A DNA stretch of 64,000 bases, from assembly GCA_041640595.1 (NCBI GenBank), contig JBEPZY010000001.1, positions 672,001 through 736,000 of the forward strand, read 5' to 3'. The stretch's first letter is position 1. The number at the start of each line of letters is the position of its first letter. Below are positions 1-9,948 of the stretch, one piece after another. Position numbers and translations under genes: made by a program. Origin of the DNA: Gemmatales bacterium (GTDB taxonomy: Bacteria > Planctomycetota > Planctomycetia > Gemmatales > HRBIN36). Below the pieces are notes generated by a model that was not told the DNA's origin, ran no database searches, and saw only the letters and a program-made list of their open reading frames with translations.

Positions 1-483
1 AGGCGTATGCGAAGTTTGCGTTACCTGTCCACGGTGCTGCGGAAAGGCTCGTCCCTTGCTTCGTTCAAGGCAGAACTGAAATCGGTGCGGTAAAGGTCGT
101 CGGCAAAGGGCCACGAACTTAACAAGCCCTCTTGTCGGAAAGACGAGCATTAGCGAAAATGGGTCGCGCCACCACATGATTGTTTGCTCCGAATCGCTGC
201 CGGCTCCGATCCAAAAATTCCCGTAAGGCGTCCCGTGGCCCGGGGAAGACCGAAACAGTAAGCATGGGCAAACGCGGAATAAGCTGCGCTCACTGCGACG
301 AAATGTCGCTGGAACATTCGACCACTCGCTTGATACGGGTTACCTCGTCGCTATGGAAGAAGGCCGCGGATTTTGAAAAGGCTTGAAATCGTGCCGTGTG
401 ATCGGTCAAACCGACCATACGGGTAGCCGTCAGGCTAACGGGCACAAGAGCCGCTCAGTTCGGCAGTATCTCAGGAGCCAACC

Positions 484-2421
484 ATGCCCATTCAGGAACT
501 CAATCCAGAGCAAATACGAACCTGGTCGCTGGCAGAGAAAGACCGCTGGTGGTTGGAAAACGTTTTCCGCGGCGATATGCCGCAACTCACTGTTCGCTCT
601 GCCGTAACCGGCATGATCCTGGGCGGCTTATTGTCGCTAACTAACCTCTATGTTGGGGCAAAAACCGGCTGGACACTCGGCGTGGGGATCACTTCGGTGA
701 TCCTGGCTTTTGCTACCTTCCAGCTGCTGTCACGGCTAGGTTTGGGCCGCGAGTTAACCGTTCTGGAAAACAACGCCATGCAATCCGTGGCTACTGCTGC
801 GGGTTACATGACCTCTCCACTCATTTCGAGCCTGGCCGCTTACATGATGGTCAAACAGCAGGTAATTCCCATCTGGCAAACGGTCCTGTGGGTGTTTGCG
901 CTGGCCGTGCTGGGTGTGCTCTTTGCATTTCCGTTCAAGCGTCGCTTCATCAACGATGAACAACAACCGTTTCCGGAGGGTCGTGCTGCCGGTATCGTCA
1001 TGGACGCTCTGCATCATGGACAGGCATCCGGCGGGTTGCTCAAGGCGAAGCTGCTGGCCGGCTGCACTATTCTGGCGGCAACCGTCAAACTCCTGCAAAG
1101 CGAGAAAGTTACACACCTGCTGCATCTCCCGTGGCGGGTATGCGAATCCGTCTGGGAGTGTATTTACCGCCAGGCTGAACAGATTCCCAGGCTGCTGGGA
1201 ACGCGGCTAGACCGTTTGACGGTGGGCATAGAGTTAGACCTGGCCATGTTTGGTGCGGGAGGTTTAGTCGGCCTACGTGTGGCTGGTTCCATGTTACTCG
1301 GAGCCGTGGTGAACTTTGTGCTACTGGCTCCTTGGCTAATAGAACGGGGAGAAATCCAGCCTGGCTTATCGGGAACGATTGGCTTCCGGGAAATCACGTT
1401 CTGGTCGCTGTGGGCCGGCGTGGCCATGATGACTGCCGCCTCCTTGCTCGCTTTTTTCGCCAAACCGGAAATTATCTGGGCACCGATTCGCCGACTCTTT
1501 TCCCGCAACAGGCAAAATGATCAGGATGTACTGGCCCATATCGAACTGCCCATCCAGCTTTCATTACTGGGCGTGCCCTGTCTGACTGCACTGGTTTGTT
1601 GGATGGGCTGGGCATTTTTTGGCATCGCGCCGGTTTATGGTCTCCTCGCGGTGGTACTTACGTTTTTCTTCAGCCTGATCGCTATCAATTCCACAGGGCT
1701 GACTTCGATCACGCCGATCGGTGCCATGGGGAAGTTGACCCAGCTGATATTTGCTTTAGTGGCTCCAGGAGACAAAGGGGTCAACTTGATGACCGCCGGG
1801 ATTACCGGAGAGGTGGCGAGCAATTCTGCTAACCTGCTGATGGACATTAAACCCGGCTATATGCTAGGAGCCAAGCCACGCCAGCAAGCCGTCGGACACG
1901 TTCTTGGAGCACTGGCGGGAGCCCTGATAGCGACGCCGGTTTTCTATCTGGTGTTTATGCGCGTGGACCAGGGGCGACTGGATTGGCAGCAGGCGTTCCA
2001 ACCGTCGGATACAGTGGCTGAGATAAGCTTCGGCGATTACCCAATGCCTTCGGCGTCAATCTGGCGAGCGGTAGCGGATGTGCTGGCGGAGGGCGTTCAC
2101 GTAATCCCAGAATCGGCTCGCTGGGCCGCGTTGATGGCACTGGTGGCTGGACTTGTGCTGGAATGGTTCCGTTTGCGACGCCCCGCCTGGTTTTTTATTT
2201 CTCCCATCGGATTCAGCCTCGGTTTCGTGATCCGTTTCGATACCTGTGCTATCATGTTCCTGGGAGCGCTCAGCGTGTGGCTTGCAGAAAAATTGCGGCG
2301 GCCGGAAAGCTGGTGGGATCGCTCGGTCGTGCAAAATCACGAGGCCATTTGTGCCGGTTTGATTGCTGGCGGTTCCTTGATGGGCATTTTCCTGAACATC
2401 GTGGACATTCTGGTTCCCTGA
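484..2421 (+). CDS. OPT/YSL-family oligopeptide transporter
   Basis: 645 aa multi-TM protein with OPT-family motifs (NLYVGAKTGW, LENNAMQSVATAAG, PFPEGRAA, LLMDIKPGYMLGAKPRQQ); AGGAG RBS upstream. Confidence 0.9.
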   Translation: MPIQELNPEQIRTWSLAEKDRWWLENVFRGDMPQLTVRSAVTGMILGGLLSLTNLYVGAKTGWTLGVGITSVILAFATFQLLSRLGLGRELTVLENNAMQSVATAAGYMTSPLISSLAAYMMVKQQVIPIWQTVLWVFALAVLGVLFAFPFKRRFINDEQQPFPEGRAAGIVMDALHHGQASGGLLKAKLLAGCTILAATVKLLQSEKVTHLLHLPWRVCESVWECIYRQAEQIPRLLGTRLDRLTVGIELDLAMFGAGGLVGLRVAGSMLLGAVVNFVLLAPWLIERGEIQPGLSGTIGFREITFWSLWAGVAMMTAASLLAFFAKPEIIWAPIRRLFSRNRQNDQDVLAHIELPIQLSLLGVPCLTALVCWMGWAFFGIAPVYGLLAVVLTFFFSLIAINSTGLTSITPIGAMGKLTQLIFALVAPGDKGVNLMTAGITGEVASNSANLLMDIKPGYMLGAKPRQQAVGHVLGALAGALIATPVFYLVFMRVDQGRLDWQQAFQPSDTVAEISFGDYPMPSASIWRAVADVLAEGVHVIPESARWAALMALVAGLVLEWFRLRRPAWFFISPIGFSLGFVIRFDTCAIMFLGALSVWLAEKLRRPESWWDRSVVQNHEAICAGLIAGGSLMGIFLNIVDILVP

Positions 2422-2422
2422 C

Positions 2423-4468
2423 TCAGGGCAACAGATCGGGTAAGGGAAGTGGCACACTCAATTGGAGACGCACGCCGGGTAAGCAATCGCCAGATTCAGG
2501 CGGCTGATCGGTTGAGTGACAACGCGGCGTCAATTCCAGTGTTGTGAAGCCAAACACTTGCGAGCGGGCTTCACGCTCCGACCAGGAAACTTGCCAGGCT
2601 CGTCCGGAGCTGTCGTGTACCCGTCCCCAAATGCGGATAGCTACACCGGGTCGGTAGGCGTAACATTCTCCTGGCCAGGCAACATGCGTTACCAGGCGAT
2701 ACTCGTAGCGGGGTGATTGACCATAGCCGCGAAAGTTCGGGATGACAGTTCGGCCATCAGCTGGAAGGTGCAGACCGATTCTCGGGACAATTTCGGATGC
2801 CGCTAACGGCGACGATCCGACTCGCTGGTAGCTGAGCACGGTTTCCGGTTCGCCAGGACTGAGGAAAATCAGTTTCAGTTCGGCAGGCGGTTCCGGAAAA
2901 TTCAGGTCCGACGGGCTCTTTCCTGCGAGCACGGATAAGGGCGATACATTGGCAGGCCACAGGAGGAATAATCGCCCAAGCGGAAGCGGGATTTGCTCTT
3001 GCAGAACCAGTTGGGTCAGTTCATCGAGAGGATCCACGGCCTGACGCCCGGCCCAGCACTGGAGCAATTGCACCACCGACAACCAGTGAGCCAGTTCCCG
3101 GCGAGCAGCTCCGCTCAGCCAGCCGTGTTGAACACACTCACGCCAGGCAGAATACGTTTCCTTACCGTCGCCCAGCCGCAAAACGTTACGGCGAATCTCC
3201 GCTCGCACAGGTTCCAGCACCGCTCGATAGCGTGATTCCGCTAGGTGGCGTAAATCCTCGGCTACTTCCAGCGGCAAATCGCCAGGTAAAGGTTCGCGGT
3301 CCGCCCAGGCTATCGGGCAGTCTCGCTGCGCTCGTGTCAACCTTTCCTTCAACTCGGCCAGAAAGTTATCGAAAGCCTCGCGCGTCCCGGACGGACCAGC
3401 ATGAATCGCCGGCACAAACGCCAGCGCTCCTGAGTGCTCAACGCTGTTATCCGAAAATGCTGGCTGATCGCCGTGCGCTCCCAGAAGCAAAGCACGTTCC
3501 TGTACGCGTGTGAGGTGGTGGGTAACTTCCATTAGAGCCTGAACCAGTAGTTTGGCTTCTGGTGTCGAAGGTTTCGGCAGTTGTCCGCTGGCCTGGCGAA
3601 ACCGATGGACTTCGGCGATCCACCCCGGCCAATCCAGCACCAGCGCATGTCCCCGGCGCCAATCTTCCCAGCGGAGCAACCTTCGCCCTTGATCTGTCCA
3701 CCAGGCTAACCGCTCGGTTGGCGGCAAAAATGTCGTGGGATCGTCAGGCTGAGCCTGGTGGCTCCGCAAAGCATGCTGCCATCGAGTCGCCAGTCGCCAC
3801 AAGCCAGCTGTAGCCGCTATCAGTACCGCGACGCATGCCAGGGCCATTACGGGGAGCAGGATTCTTTGCCTGGCGGTACGGCTGTGAAATTCGTGGGCTG
3901 AGCGCAGGGTTTCTTCAAGCAACGGTGCCACACCGAAACGGGCTAGCGGATACGAGTCGGGCAAATCCGTCGGTTCCGCCAGACTTACAGCCCAGAACCG
4001 GCAGTTGACGCCGCCAAAACCGCCTTCCAGTTTGATATGCCGTTCAGACAGGGCGGCGACCAGTTGCTGAAACAACTCCGCTTTTCTATTTTCAAGCCAT
4101 TCCAGCGCGTCGGGGACAGTCATGGCGACGACTTGCTTCTCCCAATTGTGAAGGGCAACAAAAAACGGCCTTTGACCCGGCGTCAGTCGCCGTCCCCATT
4201 TAGCCAGGCTCTGAACCAGGGCCTCGACCAATACTCGGAGACTGTCTTTCGGACTGGCTGCGCACTTTTCATGGTCAAGCAGGAAAACGATCGCATCGGC
4301 ATAATCAGGTATGATGCCGTCTGCGTGCAAGGAAATGCTGGCCGGTAAACTTTCGGCAAGTTGAGCCAGACGCGCAAGCGTCTGTACGTCTTCGCCAACA
4401 AACGCTACGCTTACCTTCGCTTTTCGGGCCTTTTTGTTCGCTACGGACGGTTCGCCAGCTTCGGCCAT
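2423..4468 (-). CDS. Hypothetical membrane protein with a degenerate GTPase-like N-terminal region and a single TM segment
   Basis: 681 aa ORF; TM at about aa 204-224; N-terminal strand pattern (VAFVGED, DAIVFLLD, PFFVALHNWE) resembles a P-loop GTPase fold but has no intact GxxxxGKS/T. Confidence 0.6.
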   Translation of the reverse strand: MAEAGEPSVANKKARKAKVSVAFVGEDVQTLARLAQLAESLPASISLHADGIIPDYADAIVFLLDHEKCAASPKDSLRVLVEALVQSLAKWGRRLTPGQRPFFVALHNWEKQVVAMTVPDALEWLENRKAELFQQLVAALSERHIKLEGGFGGVNCRFWAVSLAEPTDLPDSYPLARFGVAPLLEETLRSAHEFHSRTARQRILLPVMALACVAVLIAATAGLWRLATRWQHALRSHQAQPDDPTTFLPPTERLAWWTDQGRRLLRWEDWRRGHALVLDWPGWIAEVHRFRQASGQLPKPSTPEAKLLVQALMEVTHHLTRVQERALLLGAHGDQPAFSDNSVEHSGALAFVPAIHAGPSGTREAFDNFLAELKERLTRAQRDCPIAWADREPLPGDLPLEVAEDLRHLAESRYRAVLEPVRAEIRRNVLRLGDGKETYSAWRECVQHGWLSGAARRELAHWLSVVQLLQCWAGRQAVDPLDELTQLVLQEQIPLPLGRLFLLWPANVSPLSVLAGKSPSDLNFPEPPAELKLIFLSPGEPETVLSYQRVGSSPLAASEIVPRIGLHLPADGRTVIPNFRGYGQSPRYEYRLVTHVAWPGECYAYRPGVAIRIWGRVHDSSGRAWQVSWSEREARSQVFGFTTLELTPRCHSTDQPPESGDCLPGVRLQLSVPLPLPDLLP

Positions 4469-4507
4469 TCCGTTCCACTCACTCGCTGACTTGCGCAGTC
4501 AACTCGC

Positions 4508-5221
4508 TCAGCGATCCACCAGGGGCGAGTATTTCGGTTGTTCTGTGTCAGGATGATCGAAGCGCACTTTCGCTTCCATCAGCAGGCGTCGCAGCTTGGT
4601 TACCTCGTTGTGGCGCAGGCTGGTGCTGTACGGGGTCACATGCAGTTCCACCGCCTCCAGAGCTGACTCCCGGCGGATTTGCCCCACCCGCAGCAGTATG
4701 GCTTCAGCATTGATTGGCTCCTTGGGCCATGTAGAGGGAAAAATCATCGGAGCATTTGCGGAAGTAGCGGAAACCACGCCGAGAACGAGAAAGTATTTGT
4801 CCGGCGGCACAAACGGGGGTTCGGAATTCGGCCCAAGGAGTTTGACACGCAAAATGAGCTTTTCCTTCGGGAGCTCATCTCTGGCAGGAGCGAACACCGC
4901 CGGAGATGGAGGAGCAGGATCAGGTGGCAACACCTCAGCAGTGTTCGGTTTCGTGTACGTTCCAGGTTCGGTACCCCCGTCGCCAGGACCGCTGCCCGGC
5001 GACCCGAAATGCAGTAGCAGCCATGCCAGGATACCTCCGATGGTGCCTCCGCCAAGCCGTGACCATAACACCGTCCGTTTTGAAGCCTCCTGCCCGGAGA
5101 TGGCGGCGAGAAGACCAAGCAGCCAGCCGGTCAACAACGCCCCTCCGATAAATGCGGCGATACTGATGCCTAAGCGTATCCACCAGGCCAGTTCCGCTAA
5201 CCAGTGCCACAACTCCACCAT
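4508..5221 (-). CDS. Hypothetical membrane protein (N-terminal TMs, Pro/Gly linker, C-terminal alpha/beta domain)
   Basis: 237 aa; AGGAGG RBS upstream; two hydrophobic segments followed by a Pro-rich linker. Confidence 0.7.
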   Translation of the reverse strand: MVELWHWLAELAWWIRLGISIAAFIGGALLTGWLLGLLAAISGQEASKRTVLWSRLGGGTIGGILAWLLLHFGSPGSGPGDGGTEPGTYTKPNTAEVLPPDPAPPSPAVFAPARDELPKEKLILRVKLLGPNSEPPFVPPDKYFLVLGVVSATSANAPMIFPSTWPKEPINAEAILLRVGQIRRESALEAVELHVTPYSTSLRHNEVTKLRRLLMEAKVRFDHPDTEQPKYSPLVDR

Positions 5222-5570
5222 GGTTTGCCTCCTGGTTTACGCCTGTAAGCCGCGACGAAGAATAGGGTACGTGTGTCTCTTGCGAAATCGCAGAAATACC
5301 GCGTATCGAGCAAATCTATTGGCTTGGAGCGTTGCTTGCCGAATGGCATCTTTCCTGCACATAGGTGAGAGAACGGCGGAAGCGTCATCACCATGCTCAC
5401 CCGAAAGCTTGCTCTATAGCGCAAGCTCGCAGCACCTGCTGGCCATTGATTTTCGGCCTTGCAACTCCTGAGTGAGAATGAGCCGACAGTTATCGTAGCA
5501 AAGTCGAGATGCGTTTCCCAGACCGGTCCCGTTGCGCGATTGCCCGGCGTCTCAGCAGCCGTATTCGCCA

Positions 5571-5683
5571 TAACGCGGGCCAGCCGCCTTACGCTGAAAG
5601 ATCGCACCTGCTGAACGGCTCGTCAAGCGAACCAGGCCTGATAACTAACGCGGGCCAAACGCAGCGCGCGGAAAGATCGCACC
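5571..5683. repeat. Degenerate 38-nt direct repeat pair with a 75-nt period
   Basis: 5571-5608 taacgcgggccagccgccttacgctgaaagatcgcacc vs 5646-5683 taacgcgggccaaacgcagcgcgcggaaagatcgcacc; 31/38 identical with both ends perfectly conserved. Confidence 0.7.
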
Positions 5684-5823
5684 GCAGCATCATTCGCTTC
5701 ACCGACGCGCGTGCGGAACTCGTGAACAAACAGAGCATACCTCAACGGTCTGCGATTTACTTTCGCTCGCACAGTTGGCTAGCTCCACCATGGTGTTACT
5801 ACGCGGGCCCTGAATAGCGGCGA

Positions 5824-6315
5824 CTAATACCGTGGCGGCGGAATGTACTCGTATCGTACTCCGGCAAACCAGCGGCGAAAGCGAGCTTCATCCTGCTGGT
5901 CGGGATGCGGCTTGGAATAGTCCGCAATCAGCAAAAAGGTCAGCCGTTTTTGTCCTGCCTGGGCTGCACGACTGCGGAAATCAGCAATGATCTGCTGCAC
6001 GTTTTTCTCGGTAACTTCCACTTCACGCCCGTCAAGTTGAAGCAAAAGTCGGCCCGTGTCGCCCTCAATTCGCAACGGTACCAGGTAATCGCGAAAGCCA
6101 GGCAAAGCATCCACCTGTCTTCGCAGTCTGGCCAATTCCTCCCAAGCCAAATGTTGCTGTGCTGGCGTCCAGATGCCGTGACGAGATACCGAACTGGTTG
6201 CCCCGCCAGGCCAGTCGCCCAGATGCGGCAATAGCAGGAACAACGAGAAAAGCAGCGCCATCACATCGGCCATCGGTAGCAGAAACCGGCTGATACTGCG
6301 ATAACGTCCCTGCAT
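5824..6315 (-). CDS. ExbD/TolR-like single-TM protein
   Basis: Start reassigned to MQGRY (ATG at 6315); LPMADVMALLFSLFLLLP matches the ExbD/TolR/MotB TM with its essential Asp; lies directly downstream of an ExbB-like gene. Confidence 0.65.
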   Translation of the reverse strand: MQGRYRSISRFLLPMADVMALLFSLFLLLPHLGDWPGGATSSVSRHGIWTPAQQHLAWEELARLRRQVDALPGFRDYLVPLRIEGDTGRLLLQLDGREVEVTEKNVQQIIADFRSRAAQAGQKRLTFLLIADYSKPHPDQQDEARFRRWFAGVRYEYIPPPRY

Positions 6316-6343
6316 AGGTATCCGCCCCCTTTTCGGAGCATGT

Positions 6344-6856
6344 TCACTCGATTCGAGACCGTCGCAAAGCCAGAACCAGGATAAAACGACGGCCAACGAC
6401 TACGAGCCACCACGGCACGACATTCACCAACGCCATCAGCAAGCCACTGGCTGTAGTGGTCAGGGCAGGTGCGTACAGTCGCAGGATTTCCTGCTGCGGC
6501 ACGACTTGCCGCAAACCGATGGTAGCAAAGGTCTGCAAAATTCCGGCCACCGTTCCGAATAGCCCTAACAGTGGAAACCACTCAGCTGCCCAGGCCATTT
6601 GTTGGAGAACTTCATCCGGCCGAGTATCGAAATCGGTCTCCTGCCAGCGCAATGCTCGCCACACGAGCCACAGTTGAATGATAGCCAGACCCGTGCCCAG
6701 TCCAAGAATCAACCAGTCCAGATACGATTCCCGGACTCGGTCGAGATAAAAGCGGAGAGCAGTTTCCGGCATGGCCAGAACCAGGGCGATCCCGGCAATG
6801 CCTGGCAGTAAACAAAGCACGGACGGGATCATCCACACGATGACGAACCGTTTCAT
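6344..6856 (-). CDS. MotA/TolQ/ExbB proton-channel family protein
   Basis: FPLLGLFGTVAGILQTF...APALTTTASGLLMAL signature. Confidence 0.85.
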   Translation of the reverse strand: MKRFVIVWMIPSVLCLLPGIAGIALVLAMPETALRFYLDRVRESYLDWLILGLGTGLAIIQLWLVWRALRWQETDFDTRPDEVLQQMAWAAEWFPLLGLFGTVAGILQTFATIGLRQVVPQQEILRLYAPALTTTASGLLMALVNVVPWWLVVVGRRFILVLALRRSRIE

Positions 6857-7142
6857 GTTATTGACCCCCTTGAGGCATGCTTGTCAGCGTAGCTTGAAGC
6901 GTTGACTGCAACGACCGCGCGAGAAGGAGGACGTCTCCAATTAAGCTACGCAGTTGTCCATAATGGTGCCACGGTGCGGGCTTGTTTGGTAGTTACCCGC
7001 AATCGGACAGTTCCGGAAACGTGCGAACCTGCTGCGAGCGATTCCGTGATAAACACCAGCACCGGGCAGCGCCGTTCAATTTTCTCACTAATTTCGGCAG
7101 GGCAGGGTACGCACAAAAATGGGTTCTCTCCTCAAGGCTCGT

Positions 7143-7532
7143 TCAATTTTCACCCCGCAATATCGGGGGCAGGGCCTGCAATTTCCCTTCGCGATTGACG
7201 CAAGCCAGGACGGTTTCCCCTTCTGCTAGCAACTGACCATCGCGATACACCTCGTAGCCATGCTCAATGCGAACCCCTGTTACTCGTCGCAAAGTGGTAC
7301 GCAATAGCAGGAGGTCGTCATAATAGGCGGGCCGGCGGTATTTCACCCGCGCTTCCACTACCACCAGGTAATATCCTGCGTCCTCGAGGTCGCGGTAGCT
7401 GATACCCTGCAGGCGGAGCAACTCGGTGCGTCCCTGCTCGAAATAGACCAGATACTGAGCATGATGCAGTAATCCCATGCGGTCGGTTTCAGCATAGCGG
7501 ACGCGGATGGAAATGTCGCAACTTGTCGGCAT
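7143..7532 (-). CDS. YbgC/FcbC-type acyl-CoA thioesterase (hotdog fold)
   Basis: RVRYAETDRMGLLHHAQYLVYFEQGR motif; start is ATG 7532 or 7544. Confidence 0.9.
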   Translation of the reverse strand: MPTSCDISIRVRYAETDRMGLLHHAQYLVYFEQGRTELLRLQGISYRDLEDAGYYLVVVEARVKYRRPAYYDDLLLLRTTLRRVTGVRIEHGYEVYRDGQLLAEGETVLACVNREGKLQALPPILRGEN

Positions 7533-7574
7533 AGGCGTTATCAATCTCCGCCAGTGGGAGTGATTGTGGCGATC

Positions 7575-9887
7575 TCAGCGAATCAGTCCCAGACGCGAAG
7601 AACCAAAGGGCCAGAACGGGAAATACACAACTACCGCTTTCCCCATGAGCAATCGTTCCGGTACCTGCCCCCAGGCGCGACTATCCTGGCTGGAAGTGCT
7701 ATTGTCGCCGAGGACAAAATACTCATCCGGGCCGAAGACGCGCGACCCTCCGTTGAGCCGATCCGGATAGTAGGCGGGGTCGGGGTAAGTTCCCTCGCTG
7801 CCAAATGCGACTTCGCCAGATGTACTTACCTGATGGGTAACTACACCGCGTGGGTAATAGGGTGCCCACCGCTCTGGTCGGATGCGATGTAATGCCGCTT
7901 GTTCGGGCGGCAAAGCGCCGCGGTGTGACTCGGGCTGTTCGGTGGCCAGTTTCCGGAATATCCGAGCCGCCCAGTCGCAGTATTTTTCAATCGGCACATC
8001 CTTGAGGCTGATAATATCCACCTGATCTCGCACCTGCCCGTGAGTATCCACAAGTGACAGGCGAACATCCTCCGGGTCCCGCTGGGTATAGTAAATGTCC
8101 CGCCACAACCGCAAATGGCGCACTTTCACCTCGGTTTGCTGAGCCATGATGGCAGCGGGTGAGAGATCGGCTATCCGCGGGCCATGCTGATCTCGACGCA
8201 GTTCGGGAACTGCAATCCCTTCACCAAACACCAGCCGCTCATTCACCCACACGGTGAGTCGCTGGTCGAAATCGGCAAACCTTAGCCCATAACGCCCCGG
8301 TCGCCGTAAATCTGTCATCGTCCGGGCATTTTCTCCTAACGACAGCGGAAGACCTTCTCGCCAGGCCTGTAGCTGACACTCGCCGGTCTGTAGATTCCAA
8401 ACGGCACGGTAACGGTCAACACCCGCCACCAGTTCCAGAGCGAGCGCTCCCTCGGCGCGAGCAACCTCGACTTCGCATTCGATCATCAAATCACGCACCC
8501 AGTGCCAGCTATAGCGTCCGAAATTCGTCCAGTTGTACGCCAGAAAGTCAGTGATTAGCTGGGGGGCCGGCGGATTTTTCGACAACTGGTCCGCTGTTGT
8601 TTCCACTTGTATTCGGCGTTGCCAGGCACCATCATTGTTCGGGGAGTCCGTGCCGGCAGCAGTCCATTCCCTGGGAACGCGATGCTGATAACGCAACCAC
8701 CGTGGCTCTGCACCAGCGCGAACTGAGAATTCGGCCATCAGGCCTGCCGAGCCAGCCAGGAGTTGCCGTTGCCAGCGATCACCGTCAGCTGGCCTCTGGT
8801 GCTGCGATAAACCTGGAGCCGGGGCAACGGTTTCATCTGCCCAGCGGGAAAAATGTTTTGCCAGGGCTTGCGGTTCGTGGTCGCAATCGTAAACCAGCTG
8901 GCGCATGTCGAGCAGACGGTCGGGACGCTTGCGAATGACAGTCAACCTGGGGTTCTCTTCATCCGTGGCCAGATAAACATCGCCTTGCCAGATCGCCAGC
9001 CGCTCGCCAGGAAAGCCCCACAATCGTTTGATGTAGTTGTACGGCGAAAAGGCCTGGTTGTAATGCGGAGAAGTGGGACCTTCGTAAATTTGGTCGCCAA
9101 TAGCCCGTTCGCCCCAGCCCGGAAACTTGAAAACAATCGTGTCGTGCCGATTGCGTTGCGGATCGGGTCGGCGAAAATCATACACCGGCTTGAGCACCAG
9201 CACCTTGTCCCCGCCTTCAATCCAGCCAGGTTTGTGAGCGTGGCGGCAATTGGGACAAACCACATAGTCCGGCACCATAGCAGGTCGCCGGGTGGCATCC
9301 CCTCCCGCACCAACGAAATACTCCCAGCCACATTGCGGGCATGTATTGACGAAATGGTTGCCCAGCCGGGTTGGCGCCATCGAACCGGTCGGAATGACGA
9401 ACGCCTCAGCCACGAACGTTTTCAAAAGCAGCACCAGGAACACGACAAACACCACAGTGTCCAGAAATTCACGAAAGGCTGATTTGTGCGATTCACCTCC
9501 TCCGGTGCGGGGCGAAACGTCGGCATTATTGACGGTGGCAGCTGGGGATGATGTCGGCGACGTAGTGGCACGCCCCTGGTCCTGTCCAGAAGTGGAAGAC
9601 TGCGTACCGCCATGTCCCGTCCCGGCATCGCTTGCCGGCGACAGCGGGTTTTCTTCAGTTGCTTTGCCAGGTTTGGTGTCTGTTGCATCACCGGCGCTAC
9701 TGGCAAGACCTGATATATTCGGCGCCGGCACTATCGGTCGATCGGCAGCCTCGTGTGGTATCCCGGTCGCCCTACCTGATGTTGGCGACTCGCCCGGTTC
9801 AACCGGCACCGGTCGGTTGCCGGTTGCTGATTCTGTCTCCCTCCCGCCAGCAGGGTCTGGTTTTTCGCTTTCGATCATTTTCGGCAA
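7575..9887 (-). CDS. lepB: Signal peptidase I (S26) with large insertions
   Basis: AFVIPTGSMAPT (catalytic Ser), YIKRLWG (catalytic Lys), YFVLGDNSTSSQDSRAWG; downstream of lepA. Confidence 0.9.
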   Translation of the reverse strand: MPKMIESEKPDPAGGRETESATGNRPVPVEPGESPTSGRATGIPHEAADRPIVPAPNISGLASSAGDATDTKPGKATEENPLSPASDAGTGHGGTQSSTSGQDQGRATTSPTSSPAATVNNADVSPRTGGGESHKSAFREFLDTVVFVVFLVLLLKTFVAEAFVIPTGSMAPTRLGNHFVNTCPQCGWEYFVGAGGDATRRPAMVPDYVVCPNCRHAHKPGWIEGGDKVLVLKPVYDFRRPDPQRNRHDTIVFKFPGWGERAIGDQIYEGPTSPHYNQAFSPYNYIKRLWGFPGERLAIWQGDVYLATDEENPRLTVIRKRPDRLLDMRQLVYDCDHEPQALAKHFSRWADETVAPAPGLSQHQRPADGDRWQRQLLAGSAGLMAEFSVRAGAEPRWLRYQHRVPREWTAAGTDSPNNDGAWQRRIQVETTADQLSKNPPAPQLITDFLAYNWTNFGRYSWHWVRDLMIECEVEVARAEGALALELVAGVDRYRAVWNLQTGECQLQAWREGLPLSLGENARTMTDLRRPGRYGLRFADFDQRLTVWVNERLVFGEGIAVPELRRDQHGPRIADLSPAAIMAQQTEVKVRHLRLWRDIYYTQRDPEDVRLSLVDTHGQVRDQVDIISLKDVPIEKYCDWAARIFRKLATEQPESHRGALPPEQAALHRIRPERWAPYYPRGVVTHQVSTSGEVAFGSEGTYPDPAYYPDRLNGGSRVFGPDEYFVLGDNSTSSQDSRAWGQVPERLLMGKAVVVYFPFWPFGSSRLGLIR

Positions 9888-9948
9888 TCCCTTATCTTAG
9901 GTGCTTTCGTAGGCCGAGCGCTAACGGAACACGTCCGGAAGAAAGGGG

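Noticed and set aside
1..483. Short ORFs at the window start
   Set aside because: No recognisable product or RBS; cannot be supported without flanking sequence.
5197..5772. ORF 5197-5607 (minus) and its possible extension through an upstream TGA followed by CAGGTGC
   Set aside because: No Cys context, no RBS, no recognisable protein features, and it overlaps the next gene's start; probably non-coding.
2423..6856. Zorya anti-phage system
   Set aside because: The MotA-like protein lacks a long tail, its partner lacks an OmpA-like domain, and no ZorC/D/E effectors are present.
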